Source: Cyclobacteriaceae bacterium (lineage in GTDB: Bacteria; Bacteroidota; Bacteroidia; Cytophagales; Cyclobacteriaceae). Taken from it: a DNA stretch of 64,000 bases. A program made the translations under genes and the position numbers. Below, one piece after another: positions 17,992 to 28,463 of the stretch. The stretch lies in contig JBNLGO010000004.1 in the NCBI GenBank assembly GCA_050306095.1, positions 14 through 64,013 of the forward strand, given 5' to 3'. The notes under the pieces are model-generated. The model searched no databases and was not told the DNA's origin. It was given only the letters and a program-made list of their open reading frames with translations. Position 1 is the first letter of the stretch. Each line of letters starts with the position of its first letter.

Positions 17992-20802
17992 ATGAAGCGG
18001 TTTATACTACCCATCTTACTTTTTTTACCCTTTTTAGTTCCCATCAAACTATTCGCTACCCATGTTCGGGCAGGAGAAGTGTTGGCTGAAAAGACATCGT
18101 GCCAATCAAACCGGTACAATATTACCGTAGTAATGTATGTAGATACAGAAGGGGTAGAGCCTGGTTTAGGAAGGATAGATTTTGGTGATGGCACATTTGA
18201 GGATTTGGATCTTCGTAGTTCCAATCCTGATTACCGGGAATTATTAGGAGATAATATCGAAAAAGTCATTTATATAAGAGACCACACTTTTCCGGGCCCA
18301 GGTCAATATAAAATTTCTTTTCGTGAGGAAAACAGAAACCAGGGGATTGTCAACATGGATAATTCTGTCAATACCGCCTTTTATGTGGAAACGGTTATTT
18401 TTATCGATCCAATTATAGGATGTGACAATAGCCCAATACTTTTAAACCCTCCAGTTGATAAAGCTTGTACAGGTGTTGCTTATTTTCATAATCCCGGTGC
18501 TGTAGATCTTGATGGTGATAGCCTATCTTATGAGTTCACTATTCCTAAAAAAGACAAAAACAATACAGTTGACAATTACACCTTTCCTGACAAATACGAT
18601 ATTGAAGTATATGGCACTCAAAACGAACAATTAACCGGGCCTGCTATCTTTACCATTGATCCCGTAACCGGAAATATCAAATGGGATGCTCCTGGTGGAC
18701 AAGGCGAATATAACTTTGCTTTTAAAGTGATTGAGTGGAAGAAATTAAATGGAAAATACCAACAAATAGGGTATGTAGTTAGGGATATGCAGGTGATTGT
18801 TTCAGAATGTGATAATAAACGCCCTGAACTAATTCTTCCTCCAGATACATGTGTAGTAGCAGGAAGTTTGCTGGAAGCTGAAATAATGGCAATAGACCCG
18901 GATACTAATGATGTAAAAATCAGCAGTTTCGGATTAGTCTATGAGTTCTCTAAGTTCCCAGCGGAATTAACTCCGAATCCTCCCATTTATCAGCCAAGCC
19001 CTGCAATCGCCAATTTTTCCTGGCAAACCACATGTGAAAGAATTAATAGCTCGCCCTATTTTGTTTATTTCAAGGCCATTGATACTTTAAATGGTGTTCA
19101 ATTGGCAACTTATGACACCTGGCTAATTAATGTAGTAGGACCTCCTCCGCAAGGGTTAACAACGGAACAGGGGACAGAGAATACAGTACGATTGACCTGG
19201 GATCAGTATGAGTGTAGCAATGCGGAAACGATTAAAATTTATCGAAAGGTCGATAATTATGATTACATGCCTGGCAACTGTGAATTAGGTATTCCTGAAA
19301 ATTCGGGATATGAATTAATCGCAGAAATTCCTGCCTCAAGAACATCTTATCTTGATATTGATGATTTGCTGTATGGCGTGAATTATTGCTATCGGTTAGT
19401 GGCTACATTTAATGCGCCAGAATACATGGAAAGTGTGGTTTCTGATGAGTCATGCGTCTTACTAGTTGAGGAGATTGACGCATTGATGACAAATGTGTCA
19501 ATTACAAACACTGATCCGGCAAATGGAGAGATCTTCATTCGTTGGACATCTCCATTTGGGGTAGATACTGCTATTAATCCGGAGCCATTTTATTATGAGC
19601 TTTATAGGGGAGAAGGTTTTGATACTCCTGGAATTACGCTAGTTACAAATGGACGAATAACAGATACCACATTTGTGGATACAGGGTTAAATACGGAAGA
19701 TCAGATTTATAATTATCATGTGGTGACCTATGATGCCAACTTCGAAGCCATTGATACTTCCGCTGTGGCGTCCTCTGTTCGACTGGAGCCAAATGCATTA
19801 AAAGGGGCAATTGAGTTGAACTGGGAAGCAAATACACCATGGACAAATTTTGCCCAGAGTTATCCTATGCATCTCATTTACCGTGACCATGTGTCGAGTG
19901 ATCCAAATGAACTAGTGTTAATTGATAGCACGAATGTTTTTGTAGATGGGCTGTTTTATATTGATGATGGCTCTGCTACAGGAGAAAGTATTCTGGATGA
20001 TAAAATTGAATATTGTTATTATATAACTACACGTGGGGCCTATGGTAACGACAAAATAACAGAACCTTTTGAAAACAATTCACAGGTTATTTGTGCTCAA
20101 CCAAATGATTCGATTCCTCCTTGCGCTCCCCAGGAATTTTTGATCGTCAATTCTGAATTAAATGGTAACTGCGAAAATATCAAACAGGAACTATGTGACT
20201 TTGACAATTTTGAAAATGTACTTTCCTGGAGCTATGATCTGCAAGATGAATGCGGCTTGGATGTACGTGGGTTTAAAGTATATTTTTCAGAATCAGGGTT
20301 AGAAAAGGATTTTGTTGAATTAGCTCATGTAAGGGATACGTTTTTTGTTCATACAGATATTCCTTCCTATAAAGGCTGCTACCGTATCACAGCAGTTGAC
20401 AGGTCAGGAAATGAAAGTGAGCCGACAGAAATTATGTGCAATGATAATTGTCCAAACTATTATCTGCCAAATGTTTTCACTCCAAATGATGACAGCTTCA
20501 ACGACGTATTCCAGGCATTTGATGATTATCCATCTGACCAGGAAAATCCTTACCAATATTGCCCGAGGTTTGTAGAATCAGTAAAGTTTGAAGTATACAA
20601 TCGATGGGGACAATTGGTTTATGATTTCGATTCCGGTGGTGAGAATTCAATTTTTATTGAGTGGGATGGAGTGGGTTCTAATGGCAAACCAGTAGCTTCC
20701 GGAGTGTATTATTATATTGCTTATGTAACCTTTGACATGCTGGACCCAGACAGGAAGGTAGGTGAATATAAAGGCTGGATCAAAATTGAAAGAGGAAACT
20801 AA
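17992..20802 (+). CDS. Large secreted adhesin-like protein with a T9SS type-B sorting domain (gliding motility-associated C-terminal domain, CHU_C)
   Basis: The C-terminus (YYLPNVFTPNDDSFNDVF ... GVYYYI ... GWIKI) is the type-B T9SS sorting signature. A signal peptide (MKRFILPILLFLPFLVPIKLFA) begins at ATG 17992, whereas the track start at 17971 is a TTG. Confidence 0.85.
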   Translation: MKRFILPILLFLPFLVPIKLFATHVRAGEVLAEKTSCQSNRYNITVVMYVDTEGVEPGLGRIDFGDGTFEDLDLRSSNPDYRELLGDNIEKVIYIRDHTFPGPGQYKISFREENRNQGIVNMDNSVNTAFYVETVIFIDPIIGCDNSPILLNPPVDKACTGVAYFHNPGAVDLDGDSLSYEFTIPKKDKNNTVDNYTFPDKYDIEVYGTQNEQLTGPAIFTIDPVTGNIKWDAPGGQGEYNFAFKVIEWKKLNGKYQQIGYVVRDMQVIVSECDNKRPELILPPDTCVVAGSLLEAEIMAIDPDTNDVKISSFGLVYEFSKFPAELTPNPPIYQPSPAIANFSWQTTCERINSSPYFVYFKAIDTLNGVQLATYDTWLINVVGPPPQGLTTEQGTENTVRLTWDQYECSNAETIKIYRKVDNYDYMPGNCELGIPENSGYELIAEIPASRTSYLDIDDLLYGVNYCYRLVATFNAPEYMESVVSDESCVLLVEEIDALMTNVSITNTDPANGEIFIRWTSPFGVDTAINPEPFYYELYRGEGFDTPGITLVTNGRITDTTFVDTGLNTEDQIYNYHVVTYDANFEAIDTSAVASSVRLEPNALKGAIELNWEANTPWTNFAQSYPMHLIYRDHVSSDPNELVLIDSTNVFVDGLFYIDDGSATGESILDDKIEYCYYITTRGAYGNDKITEPFENNSQVICAQPNDSIPPCAPQEFLIVNSELNGNCENIKQELCDFDNFENVLSWSYDLQDECGLDVRGFKVYFSESGLEKDFVELAHVRDTFFVHTDIPSYKGCYRITAVDRSGNESEPTEIMCNDNCPNYYLPNVFTPNDDSFNDVFQAFDDYPSDQENPYQYCPRFVESVKFEVYNRWGQLVYDFDSGGENSIFIEWDGVGSNGKPVASGVYYYIAYVTFDMLDPDRKVGEYKGWIKIERGN

Positions 20803-21196
20803 ACCCCATTATGATCACCCCATAATTTTCTTTGACGGAGTTTGCAATTTGTGCGAATCTTCTGTGCAATTCACCATAAAACACGATAAAAAAGAAATAT
20901 TTCTATTTGCACAACTTCAATCAGTTCTGGCAGAAAAACTGCTAGACAAACATGCTTCAGGAATGAAAAGCGTGGTACTATACGAAAACAATCAAGTTTA
21001 CACAAAGAGTACTGCTGCGCTTAGAATTGCAAGAAAATTGAACGGTTGGCCAAGATTACTATGGGGCTTTATCATACTTCCCAAATTTATTCGAGATTTC
21101 TTCTACGACATTATTGCAAACAAGCGATATAAGTGGTTTGGTCAAAAAGAAGAATGTATGATCCCTACTCCCGAATTAAACTCCAGGTTTGTTTAG
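20762..21196 (+). CDS. Thiol-disulfide oxidoreductase DCC family protein (DUF393)
   Basis: The FFDGVCNLCESSVQF motif is present. The track start is a GTG inside the end of the upstream gene. A TTG at 20786 (MKEETKPHYDHPIIFFDG) is an equally plausible start. Confidence 0.8.
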   Translation: MNIKAGSKLKEETKPHYDHPIIFFDGVCNLCESSVQFTIKHDKKEIFLFAQLQSVLAEKLLDKHASGMKSVVLYENNQVYTKSTAALRIARKLNGWPRLLWGFIILPKFIRDFFYDIIANKRYKWFGQKEECMIPTPELNSRFV

Positions 21197-21324
21197 GCTT
21201 TACTTCCTAAGAAAAATCATTTTTAGCATCAACTTTTTAAATGTCTTATCCTGATTCCTGTTTATTTGTTTTTTATGCTGATCAAAAAACAACATTTTTG
21301 CATCCAAATTGAAATTGAAAAACT

Positions 21325-22197
21325 ATGAACGCATATGTATTTCCAGGTCAGGGGGCTCAATTTTCAGGAATGGGCAAAGACCTTTATGACAATTCTGAAA
21401 AAGCTAAAAACCTATTTGAGAATGCCAACGACATATTAGGTTATAAAATCACTGATATCATGTTTACTGGGTCTGATGAAGAACTGAAACAAACAAAAGT
21501 GACTCAACCTGCTATTTTCCTTCATTCTGTAATTAATGCTATTATTCATGACGACTTTAAACCAGACATGGTGGCAGGTCATTCATTAGGTGAATTTTCG
21601 GCATTAGTAGCCAATGGCGCTCTTTCATTTGAAGACGGTGTGAAATTAGTTTTTGCCAGGGCTATGGGAATGCAAAAGGCATGTGAACAAAACCCATCAA
21701 CCATGGCCGCTATCATTGGTTTAGATGATGAGGTAGTAGAAAAAATATGTACTGAAATTGATGATGTGGTTGTACCTGCAAATTACAACTGCCCAGGTCA
21801 GCTTGTAATCTCCGGAAGTAACAAAGGAATAGAAATAGCTTGTGAAAAAATGAAAGAAGCCGGAGCCAGAAGAGCTTTACCTCTTCCTGTGGGAGGTGCT
21901 TTTCATTCGCCTCTAATGGAGCCAGCTAGAGTAGAATTAGAACAGGCAATATTAAACACCAAGTTTTCTGATCCTTCATGTCCTATCTATCAAAATGTTA
22001 CTGCAAAGGCTTCTACAGAAATTGAAGTGATCAAGGCAAATTTAATTGCCCAATTAACCGGACCGGTAAAATGGACACAATCTGTTCAGGCAATGGTAGC
22101 TGATGGGGCAACTAGTTTCACTGAGTCTGGTCCGGGAAAAGTGTTACAGGGATTGGTTAAAAAAATCCATCGTGAAGCTGAAGTAAGCAGTCTTTAG
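21325..22197 (+). CDS. fabD: ACP S-malonyltransferase
   Basis: 290 aa with FPGQGAQ, GHSLGEFSAL (active-site Ser) and GAFHSPLM. Confidence 0.95.
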   Translation: MNAYVFPGQGAQFSGMGKDLYDNSEKAKNLFENANDILGYKITDIMFTGSDEELKQTKVTQPAIFLHSVINAIIHDDFKPDMVAGHSLGEFSALVANGALSFEDGVKLVFARAMGMQKACEQNPSTMAAIIGLDDEVVEKICTEIDDVVVPANYNCPGQLVISGSNKGIEIACEKMKEAGARRALPLPVGGAFHSPLMEPARVELEQAILNTKFSDPSCPIYQNVTAKASTEIEVIKANLIAQLTGPVKWTQSVQAMVADGATSFTESGPGKVLQGLVKKIHREAEVSSL

Positions 22198-22231
22198 TAT
22201 TCACTTAATTAATGATAAAATAAACTCATTT

Positions 22232-22267
22232 TCACTCCGGTTCTAATTAATTTTAGAACCGGAGTGA
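22232..22267 (+). terminator. Strong hairpin downstream of fabD (probable terminator, no U-tract)
   Basis: TCACTCCGGTTCTAA-TTAATT-TTAGAACCGGAGTGA is a perfect 15-bp inverted repeat located 35 nt after the fabD stop. Confidence 0.5.
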
Positions 22268-22373
22268 TCACCTCCTCTCTCACTAAAACAGGCAACGACT
22301 CCTTAGTTTGTCACCCTTTTTACAGGCAATTTTTTCAAAAAAAATGTAAATTTCCCGATTAAAGGGAGAAGCT

Positions 22374-24023
22374 ATGCTTGCAATAATTTTTATTTCGGTC
22401 ATCATCATCTTTTTTATTGCCTACCGACTTTATGGTAGGTTTTTAGACAAGACCTTTGAAATTGATAATAATCGAGAAACACCTAGTCATACAGATTACG
22501 ATGGCATTGATAAAGTGCCAACAAAAACGCCTGTGCTGCTCGGTCATCATTTTTCCTCCATAGCGGGGGCTGGCCCTATCGTAGGGCCAATTATTGCAGG
22601 GGCAGCGTTTGGTTGGGTTCCGGCTATTTTATGGATCGTAATAGGTTCAATCTTTGTAGGAGGTGTGCATGATTATTCGTCGCTGGTAGCTTCTATTCGT
22701 CATAAAGCTAAATCTATCGCCGAAATTGCCAACGAATATATGACACCACTTTCCTTCAAATTATTCCTGGCTTTTATCTGGTTGACGATGATATACATCC
22801 TCATCGTTTTTGTTGACCTAACTTCTACCACCATGGTCACAAATCCGGAAGTGGGCACTTCATCTTCGCTTTTTATTTTTCTTGCCTTGATATTTGGCAT
22901 GTTAAGTTATCGAATGAAAATGCCTCTCTTATGGACATCATTGATCTTCGTACCATTATTGTTTTTTGGTATTTATTTCGGTCATTTATTTCCGCTTGAT
23001 GGCAATATTTTACCTGCATTCTTCATGAAAAACCCGGGTATGTCATGGAATGTTATCTTAATAGTTTATGCATTTTTTGCTGCCATATTGCCTGTTTGGT
23101 TTTTATTGCAACCTCGAGACTATTTATCCTCTTTTCTTTTGTACGCATGTATAGGAGGTGCATTTATTGGAATCCTCTTTGGAACTAATACCATAGAATA
23201 TCCGGCATTTACCGTTTGGAAAGACATTAACAGAGGCACACTTTTCCCAATATTATTTATTACCATTGCCTGTGGAGCTTGCTCAGGATTCCATTCAATT
23301 GTGGCTAGTGGTACTACTTCAAAACAATTGAACAGAGAAACTGATGCGAGAAAAATTGGCTATGGGGCAATGCTCATTGAAGGACTTGTAGCGGTGATCG
23401 CATTATTCGGTGTAGTAATGCTGACAAAAGACAATCCATTATTCAAAAGTGATCCTTTATCAATATTTGGTGCAGGAATGGGGTCTTTTCTCAGTACAGT
23501 TGGCCTACCTGTGGAGCTCGGAAAATCTTTTGGAATATTAGCTGTATCGACATTTCTGCTTACTACATTGGACACAAGCACCCGCCTGGGTCGGTATATT
23601 TTTGAAGAGTTCTTTGATTTAAAAGGTAAAAATGTTCGGTTCTTCTCCACTGGAATTACTCTTTTAGCGCCGCTGATATTCTCATTTGTACCAATTTATG
23701 ATGCCATGGGAAATCCAGTTCCTGCTTGGAAAGCCGTTTGGCCGGTGTTTGGAGCTACTAATCAATTACTAGCTGGCCTGGCACTTCTAGTAGTATTTGT
23801 GTGGTTAAAGAAATTAGGCAAGAAAACGATTTTTGTTTCTATACCAATGGTATTTATGCTCGTGATGACTTTGTGGGCATTGGTTCAATTAATTTACCAA
23901 AGTGGTTTTACAGCTATTGGCATCATTGCCATGTTCCTGTTAATACTCGCCATTATCCTGGTATTTGAAGCAATTAGAATTGTATTTTTCTCAGCAAAAC
24001 TAACTTCACCCTCTTCCAATTAG
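22374..24023 (+). CDS. cstA: Carbon starvation protein A (peptide/pyruvate transporter family)
   Basis: 549 aa and highly hydrophobic, with CstA motifs LLGHHFSSIAGAGPIVGP and CGACSGFHS. Confidence 0.9.
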   Translation: MLAIIFISVIIIFFIAYRLYGRFLDKTFEIDNNRETPSHTDYDGIDKVPTKTPVLLGHHFSSIAGAGPIVGPIIAGAAFGWVPAILWIVIGSIFVGGVHDYSSLVASIRHKAKSIAEIANEYMTPLSFKLFLAFIWLTMIYILIVFVDLTSTTMVTNPEVGTSSSLFIFLALIFGMLSYRMKMPLLWTSLIFVPLLFFGIYFGHLFPLDGNILPAFFMKNPGMSWNVILIVYAFFAAILPVWFLLQPRDYLSSFLLYACIGGAFIGILFGTNTIEYPAFTVWKDINRGTLFPILFITIACGACSGFHSIVASGTTSKQLNRETDARKIGYGAMLIEGLVAVIALFGVVMLTKDNPLFKSDPLSIFGAGMGSFLSTVGLPVELGKSFGILAVSTFLLTTLDTSTRLGRYIFEEFFDLKGKNVRFFSTGITLLAPLIFSFVPIYDAMGNPVPAWKAVWPVFGATNQLLAGLALLVVFVWLKKLGKKTIFVSIPMVFMLVMTLWALVQLIYQSGFTAIGIIAMFLLILAIILVFEAIRIVFFSAKLTSPSSN

Positions 24024-26329
24024 TCAAAAGATTGTTTGTTGAAAATTAAATATCCAAAACTAAAGTAGAATATCCAGTTTTGGTTGGGGTCGTCATAGTA
24101 ATTCAGATTGGTACTGATAGGACCAACGGGACTATGATACACCAATGCTGCTGTACCTGAAAAATTCAAATCCGTAAAGGGTTCTGAATACTCTGCTAAT
24201 TGATCTTTGTTAATAATAGATTTATAAGGAGCAAAAGCATAACCTTCCAAACGAATATCAAAATTCCGCTTCACTTTGAAGACATTCATGATTCCTCCTC
24301 CAGCAAAATTATGAGCCCTGAAGTTTTTCAAAAATAGTGTCTTACTATCAGGTAATGGATAAAAAGCCGGGGCCACAATCATGGATGAGTAATAATTAGA
24401 GAAAAACGGTTGATTGGAAATAGCTGCATTTAATCGCCACCCAAAACTATATGATTTAGAAATGTTAAAATATTTCTCTATTTCCAGCTGGGCTATTAAC
24501 CATTTTCTATTATAAACAGCTTTTTCCATTCCAAATATGGAGGTGCTTCCTGGCTCATATTCTTCCTCACCATTAAAATAATATCCCTTCAAACAAAAAC
24601 GTTTACCTTCACTCGGATAAAATTTGCGGTTTAGATTATTGGCTGAAATTCTTATTCCAAACTTCCATCCTTTTAAATAGGTTTGATCTAATGTATCATA
24701 TAAGCTAAGGTTATCACTATTGCTATATGTATAATTATTACTGACATATCCACCTTCTATCTCTCCTCTGAATTTTAACCCAAGTGCAAATCCTGCTGTT
24801 AAGGAGTACTTCCTATCTATCTGTTTTAAAATGGTGGATGGACTTCCATTAAAAATCAAATCTTGACTGTTGATATAGTCCCATTTATTGAGGATAATTT
24901 CAGGCTGAAGATAAATAAAATTGGTGCCTGGAAAATACCCTCTTGTAGAATAACCAATTGACTGATAAAACCTGCCTGAATAAAAATCAAGCTGATGTTC
25001 CATTAATGGACCGGTAAAAGTTTTATAATCAAGACCCAGGTAGATTTCACTAAAACTTCTGGTAGAAATATTCCCACCTAAATCAATATTTAATTTTTTG
25101 TTCTTTTTCCCTTCGAGCGTGAATCTAAAACCCTGGGTTTCTTCGTCATACCTGATCCTTGGGTATACTTCACTAAAAAATTCTTCGGATACAATTTGAT
25201 AGTAGGCCTTTTTAATGTCTTCAAATGTCAAACTTCTTTTCTTATCCAACTTAAAAAATTGATTGAGATATTTTTTTTGAGAAGAGGAAAAACCATTAAA
25301 CTCCACTTTTTTAAAAATTAATTCTTTTTGCCTGGCTTTAAATTCCTCACGCTTTTTATCTACTTCTTCTTTTGTTCGTTTTTGGAGCTGTTCATAAGAA
25401 TTATTTTCTGATAATATCTTTAAAGTAGAGGTATATCCACTATCTATTAAAGCCTTTGCCCTGGTGAAATCCACCCCATTGTATGGCTCAATATTAGGCT
25501 CTATGTATAAGCCATCTTCCTTGATCAATTCCGGATTTGACTTATCAAGCAGTAATAAAAACAATGATTTTTCGATTAATTCAGTATCTTTTTCCTTTGG
25601 GTATTCCTTCCATATCTTTTCGGATACATTAGAGCCAATTACATAATCAGGTTCAAACTCTCCCATTGCAATATCAAGTGGGAAATTATTATAAATCCCA
25701 CCATCAAATAGGTACTGATCATCTACTCTAATAGGTTTATAAATGAGCGGAACCGACATAGAAGCCCTCACCGCATCCTCTAATGGGCCTTGCTTGAGAA
25801 CAAGACTTTTTTGAGTGAATATTTCTGAGGCCATCGCCCGTAAAGGGATCATCAAACTATCAAAATTGTAATGCGACGCTTCAGAGGCTTGTGACAATAA
25901 TTGAGAAAGCGCAAAGTTTAAGGAAATATCGCTGGCTATTTTGGTGGAGATACTCGTGCTAAAAGTACTATCTATTCCTAATCCCACTTGAAATATGGAC
26001 GCAGTATTTTCCTTTTTGTGAAAGAAATAATTATAGTCGTCCTCTAGTTTTCCATTTACCCAGTGGTAAAAATCCTTTGACAATGCCAACTCCTCCATTT
26101 CTTCAGGGGAATATCCCGATGCATAAAAGGCACCAATTATCGCTCCCATTGAGGTGCCAACCACATAATCTATTGGTATATTATTTTCTTCTAAAGCTTT
26201 GATTACACCTATGTGAGCTAATCCTTTGGCGCCACCACCACTTAATACTAAGGCTACCTTTTGTGCTTCTATTTGATGCGCAATGATTAGAAAAATACAA
26301 ACCAATAAAACTGACTGTAATCGAAACAA
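24020..26329 (-). CDS. Patatin-like phospholipase fused to a C-terminal Omp85/surface-antigen-like beta-barrel region
   Basis: 769 aa with a signal peptide, the patatin oxyanion motif (VLSGGGAKGLAHIG), the nucleophile motif (GTSMGA) and DGG. The C-terminal ~400 aa is rich in alternating aromatic beta-strand patterns. The start is a TTG. Confidence 0.85.
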   Translation of the reverse strand: MFRLQSVLLVCIFLIIAHQIEAQKVALVLSGGGAKGLAHIGVIKALEENNIPIDYVVGTSMGAIIGAFYASGYSPEEMEELALSKDFYHWVNGKLEDDYNYFFHKKENTASIFQVGLGIDSTFSTSISTKIASDISLNFALSQLLSQASEASHYNFDSLMIPLRAMASEIFTQKSLVLKQGPLEDAVRASMSVPLIYKPIRVDDQYLFDGGIYNNFPLDIAMGEFEPDYVIGSNVSEKIWKEYPKEKDTELIEKSLFLLLLDKSNPELIKEDGLYIEPNIEPYNGVDFTRAKALIDSGYTSTLKILSENNSYEQLQKRTKEEVDKKREEFKARQKELIFKKVEFNGFSSSQKKYLNQFFKLDKKRSLTFEDIKKAYYQIVSEEFFSEVYPRIRYDEETQGFRFTLEGKKNKKLNIDLGGNISTRSFSEIYLGLDYKTFTGPLMEHQLDFYSGRFYQSIGYSTRGYFPGTNFIYLQPEIILNKWDYINSQDLIFNGSPSTILKQIDRKYSLTAGFALGLKFRGEIEGGYVSNNYTYSNSDNLSLYDTLDQTYLKGWKFGIRISANNLNRKFYPSEGKRFCLKGYYFNGEEEYEPGSTSIFGMEKAVYNRKWLIAQLEIEKYFNISKSYSFGWRLNAAISNQPFFSNYYSSMIVAPAFYPLPDSKTLFLKNFRAHNFAGGGIMNVFKVKRNFDIRLEGYAFAPYKSIINKDQLAEYSEPFTDLNFSGTAALVYHSPVGPISTNLNYYDDPNQNWIFYFSFGYLIFNKQSFD

Positions 26330-26521
26330 AGGAAATGCTGGTTAAAAGTTTGGTTGATCAATTATTAAAATACAAAATCGATAGATCAAATACCTGAAGT
26401 ATCAATAAGTTAAACTAAAAAAGCTCACCTATGTTCTACCTGCTTATCTCCTTAACGCTCATTTTCTTTTAAGAATTCACAAAATCGATTAAAAAATTGT
26501 TAAAAGTTCTCCTTATTAATT

Positions 26522-28399
26522 CTAATTCTTCCAACCCAATAATTCATCCAAAGTGTTTACGGAAACAGAATGATAATTCGGCCTGGCCATTTTATAAATT
26601 TCCATCGCCAGCTCTTTCGTGTTTTCCTTTCCAATTAGCTCTGTATAAATAGGCGTCAATAGTTTTCTCCTTCCTGTATTAATTAAAAATTCTTTCATTG
26701 CAGGATATGCTATTTCATAGTCGTTTTTGATAGCCAATACAAACCATGCGTCCAGGATTTCACTATTTCCACTTTCGGTCAATTTATATTGTTGATCAAG
26801 CTTTGTCAGTTTACCTATTGAAATTTTCTGTGGAAGGTTTTTAATAAAATGCAGCCATTCATGAGTTGTCCATTCTGATGTACCTAATTCGGATGGCTCC
26901 TTTTCACCATTTATAAAAAGGTCAATTTGAGTTTCCACTTTTTTAAATCTATCAGACTTTATAGCAATCAAAGTAGGCGGAAGACCTTCTTGATAAATCC
27001 ATTGTTCTATTTTCTCCTGTGGAAAAGGAATCTCATTCTTTTCAAAAAGATTTAATTGCAAATATGAAATAAAACCTTCTGTAGTCATGGTCTGGAAAGC
27101 ATGACTAGAGAAATATTCCTTTAAAAAAGTATCAAATTTATCCCGGCCAACTACATCTTCTATATATCTTAAAAATGAATAGCCTTTGTCATATGGAATG
27201 GTTGTCACCCCATCATCTGGATTTCTTCCTGTTAGGTCAAGTTTTAGCTTTGTATCCTCACCAGCACCATCGTTAATAAAATTTTCTACTTCTATTTTCA
27301 GGTCTTGTTGGTTAAGGGATGCCAGCATTTCAGCATAGCTTTTCCCATACAATTCCTCCATTATTCTATCTTCGAAATAAACGGTAAAACCTTCATTGAT
27401 CCAGAAGTCATTCCAGGTAGCATTTGTCACTAAATTACCCGACCAGGAATGAGCAAGTTCATGAGCTATCAATGAAACCAGGGAACGGTCACCAGCGATA
27501 ATGGTAGGTGTAACAAAGGTAAGCCGTGGATTTTCCATCCCTCCAAAGGGAAAACTTGGTGGAAGCACTACCATGTCATATCGCTCCCATTTATAGGGGC
27601 CGTAGAGTCCTTCCGCTATTTCTATCATTTTTTCTGTTTCAGCAAATTCATAAGCACTTGCTTCCAATTCAAGAGGTTCTGCATAGACACCTGTCCTGTC
27701 ACCAAGCGATTTAAATTCTAAATTTCCAACCACCAATGCCATTAAATAAGCCGGAATAGGTTGATTCATTTTGAAGTTATACATCCCATCTTCACTTTTT
27801 TGTACGGGATTTTCGGCACTCATTAGCGCTAACAACCCCGAAGGTACTTTTACATGCGCGTTGTAGGTAAACCTAATACCCGGGGAATCCTGCAATGGAA
27901 TCCATGTTCTGGCTAAGATTGCTTGTGATTGGGTAAATAAAAATGGATCGGTCTTACCGGCAGTTTGAACAGGATCCAACCATTGAACTGCTTCTGCTGA
28001 AGGTTCTGACACATAATCTATGATAACCGATGAAGTCGCATTATCAATATTTATTTTTAAGGCAGCCCCTAAAATCGGGTCAGAAACTCCAAGTGTATAG
28101 GGCAATTCATTTCCTTTATCTGTAGTGATGCTATTTATTTTTAGTCCTTTTGTGTCCAGGATTAAATATTCTGCATCGTCAGCCGCTTCAAATGTAAGAG
28201 CTACACTTCCCAGCATGACTTTATTGTCAAAATCCACTTCTAAATCTAAATCAATATGTTTTACCACAGCTTCATTTGGCCGGGCATATGAATGAATATC
28301 ATTTACATATTCCTTTTTTAGTATGTCCATATTTACCGCTTCTTTTTTCACACAGCTAATGGCAAGTATAGCAATTAAAAATAAAATAGTAAGTCTCAT
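26522..28399 (-). CDS. M1-family zinc aminopeptidase (leukotriene A4 hydrolase-like)
   Basis: 625 aa with a lipoprotein-type signal, a GGMEN exopeptidase motif and HELAHSWSGN...WINEGFT (HEXXH-18-E). Confidence 0.9.
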   Translation of the reverse strand: MRLTILFLIAILAISCVKKEAVNMDILKKEYVNDIHSYARPNEAVVKHIDLDLEVDFDNKVMLGSVALTFEAADDAEYLILDTKGLKINSITTDKGNELPYTLGVSDPILGAALKINIDNATSSVIIDYVSEPSAEAVQWLDPVQTAGKTDPFLFTQSQAILARTWIPLQDSPGIRFTYNAHVKVPSGLLALMSAENPVQKSEDGMYNFKMNQPIPAYLMALVVGNLEFKSLGDRTGVYAEPLELEASAYEFAETEKMIEIAEGLYGPYKWERYDMVVLPPSFPFGGMENPRLTFVTPTIIAGDRSLVSLIAHELAHSWSGNLVTNATWNDFWINEGFTVYFEDRIMEELYGKSYAEMLASLNQQDLKIEVENFINDGAGEDTKLKLDLTGRNPDDGVTTIPYDKGYSFLRYIEDVVGRDKFDTFLKEYFSSHAFQTMTTEGFISYLQLNLFEKNEIPFPQEKIEQWIYQEGLPPTLIAIKSDRFKKVETQIDLFINGEKEPSELGTSEWTTHEWLHFIKNLPQKISIGKLTKLDQQYKLTESGNSEILDAWFVLAIKNDYEIAYPAMKEFLINTGRRKLLTPIYTELIGKENTKELAMEIYKMARPNYHSVSVNTLDELLGWKN

Positions 28400-28463
28400 T
28401 TTCCTCCGTATTTTTATTGAATCAAATTACAATTATTTTTACAAGCATCTAATTCAAATTAAT

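Noticed and set aside
28323-28463. An ATG start at 28323 for the radical SAM/SPASM gene, which would add a 47-aa N-terminal extension.
   Set aside because: The extension would overlap the first 77 nt of the divergent M1 peptidase gene and consists of low-complexity sequence. An in-frame TTG at 28464 gives a more typical N-terminus, but this remains unverified.
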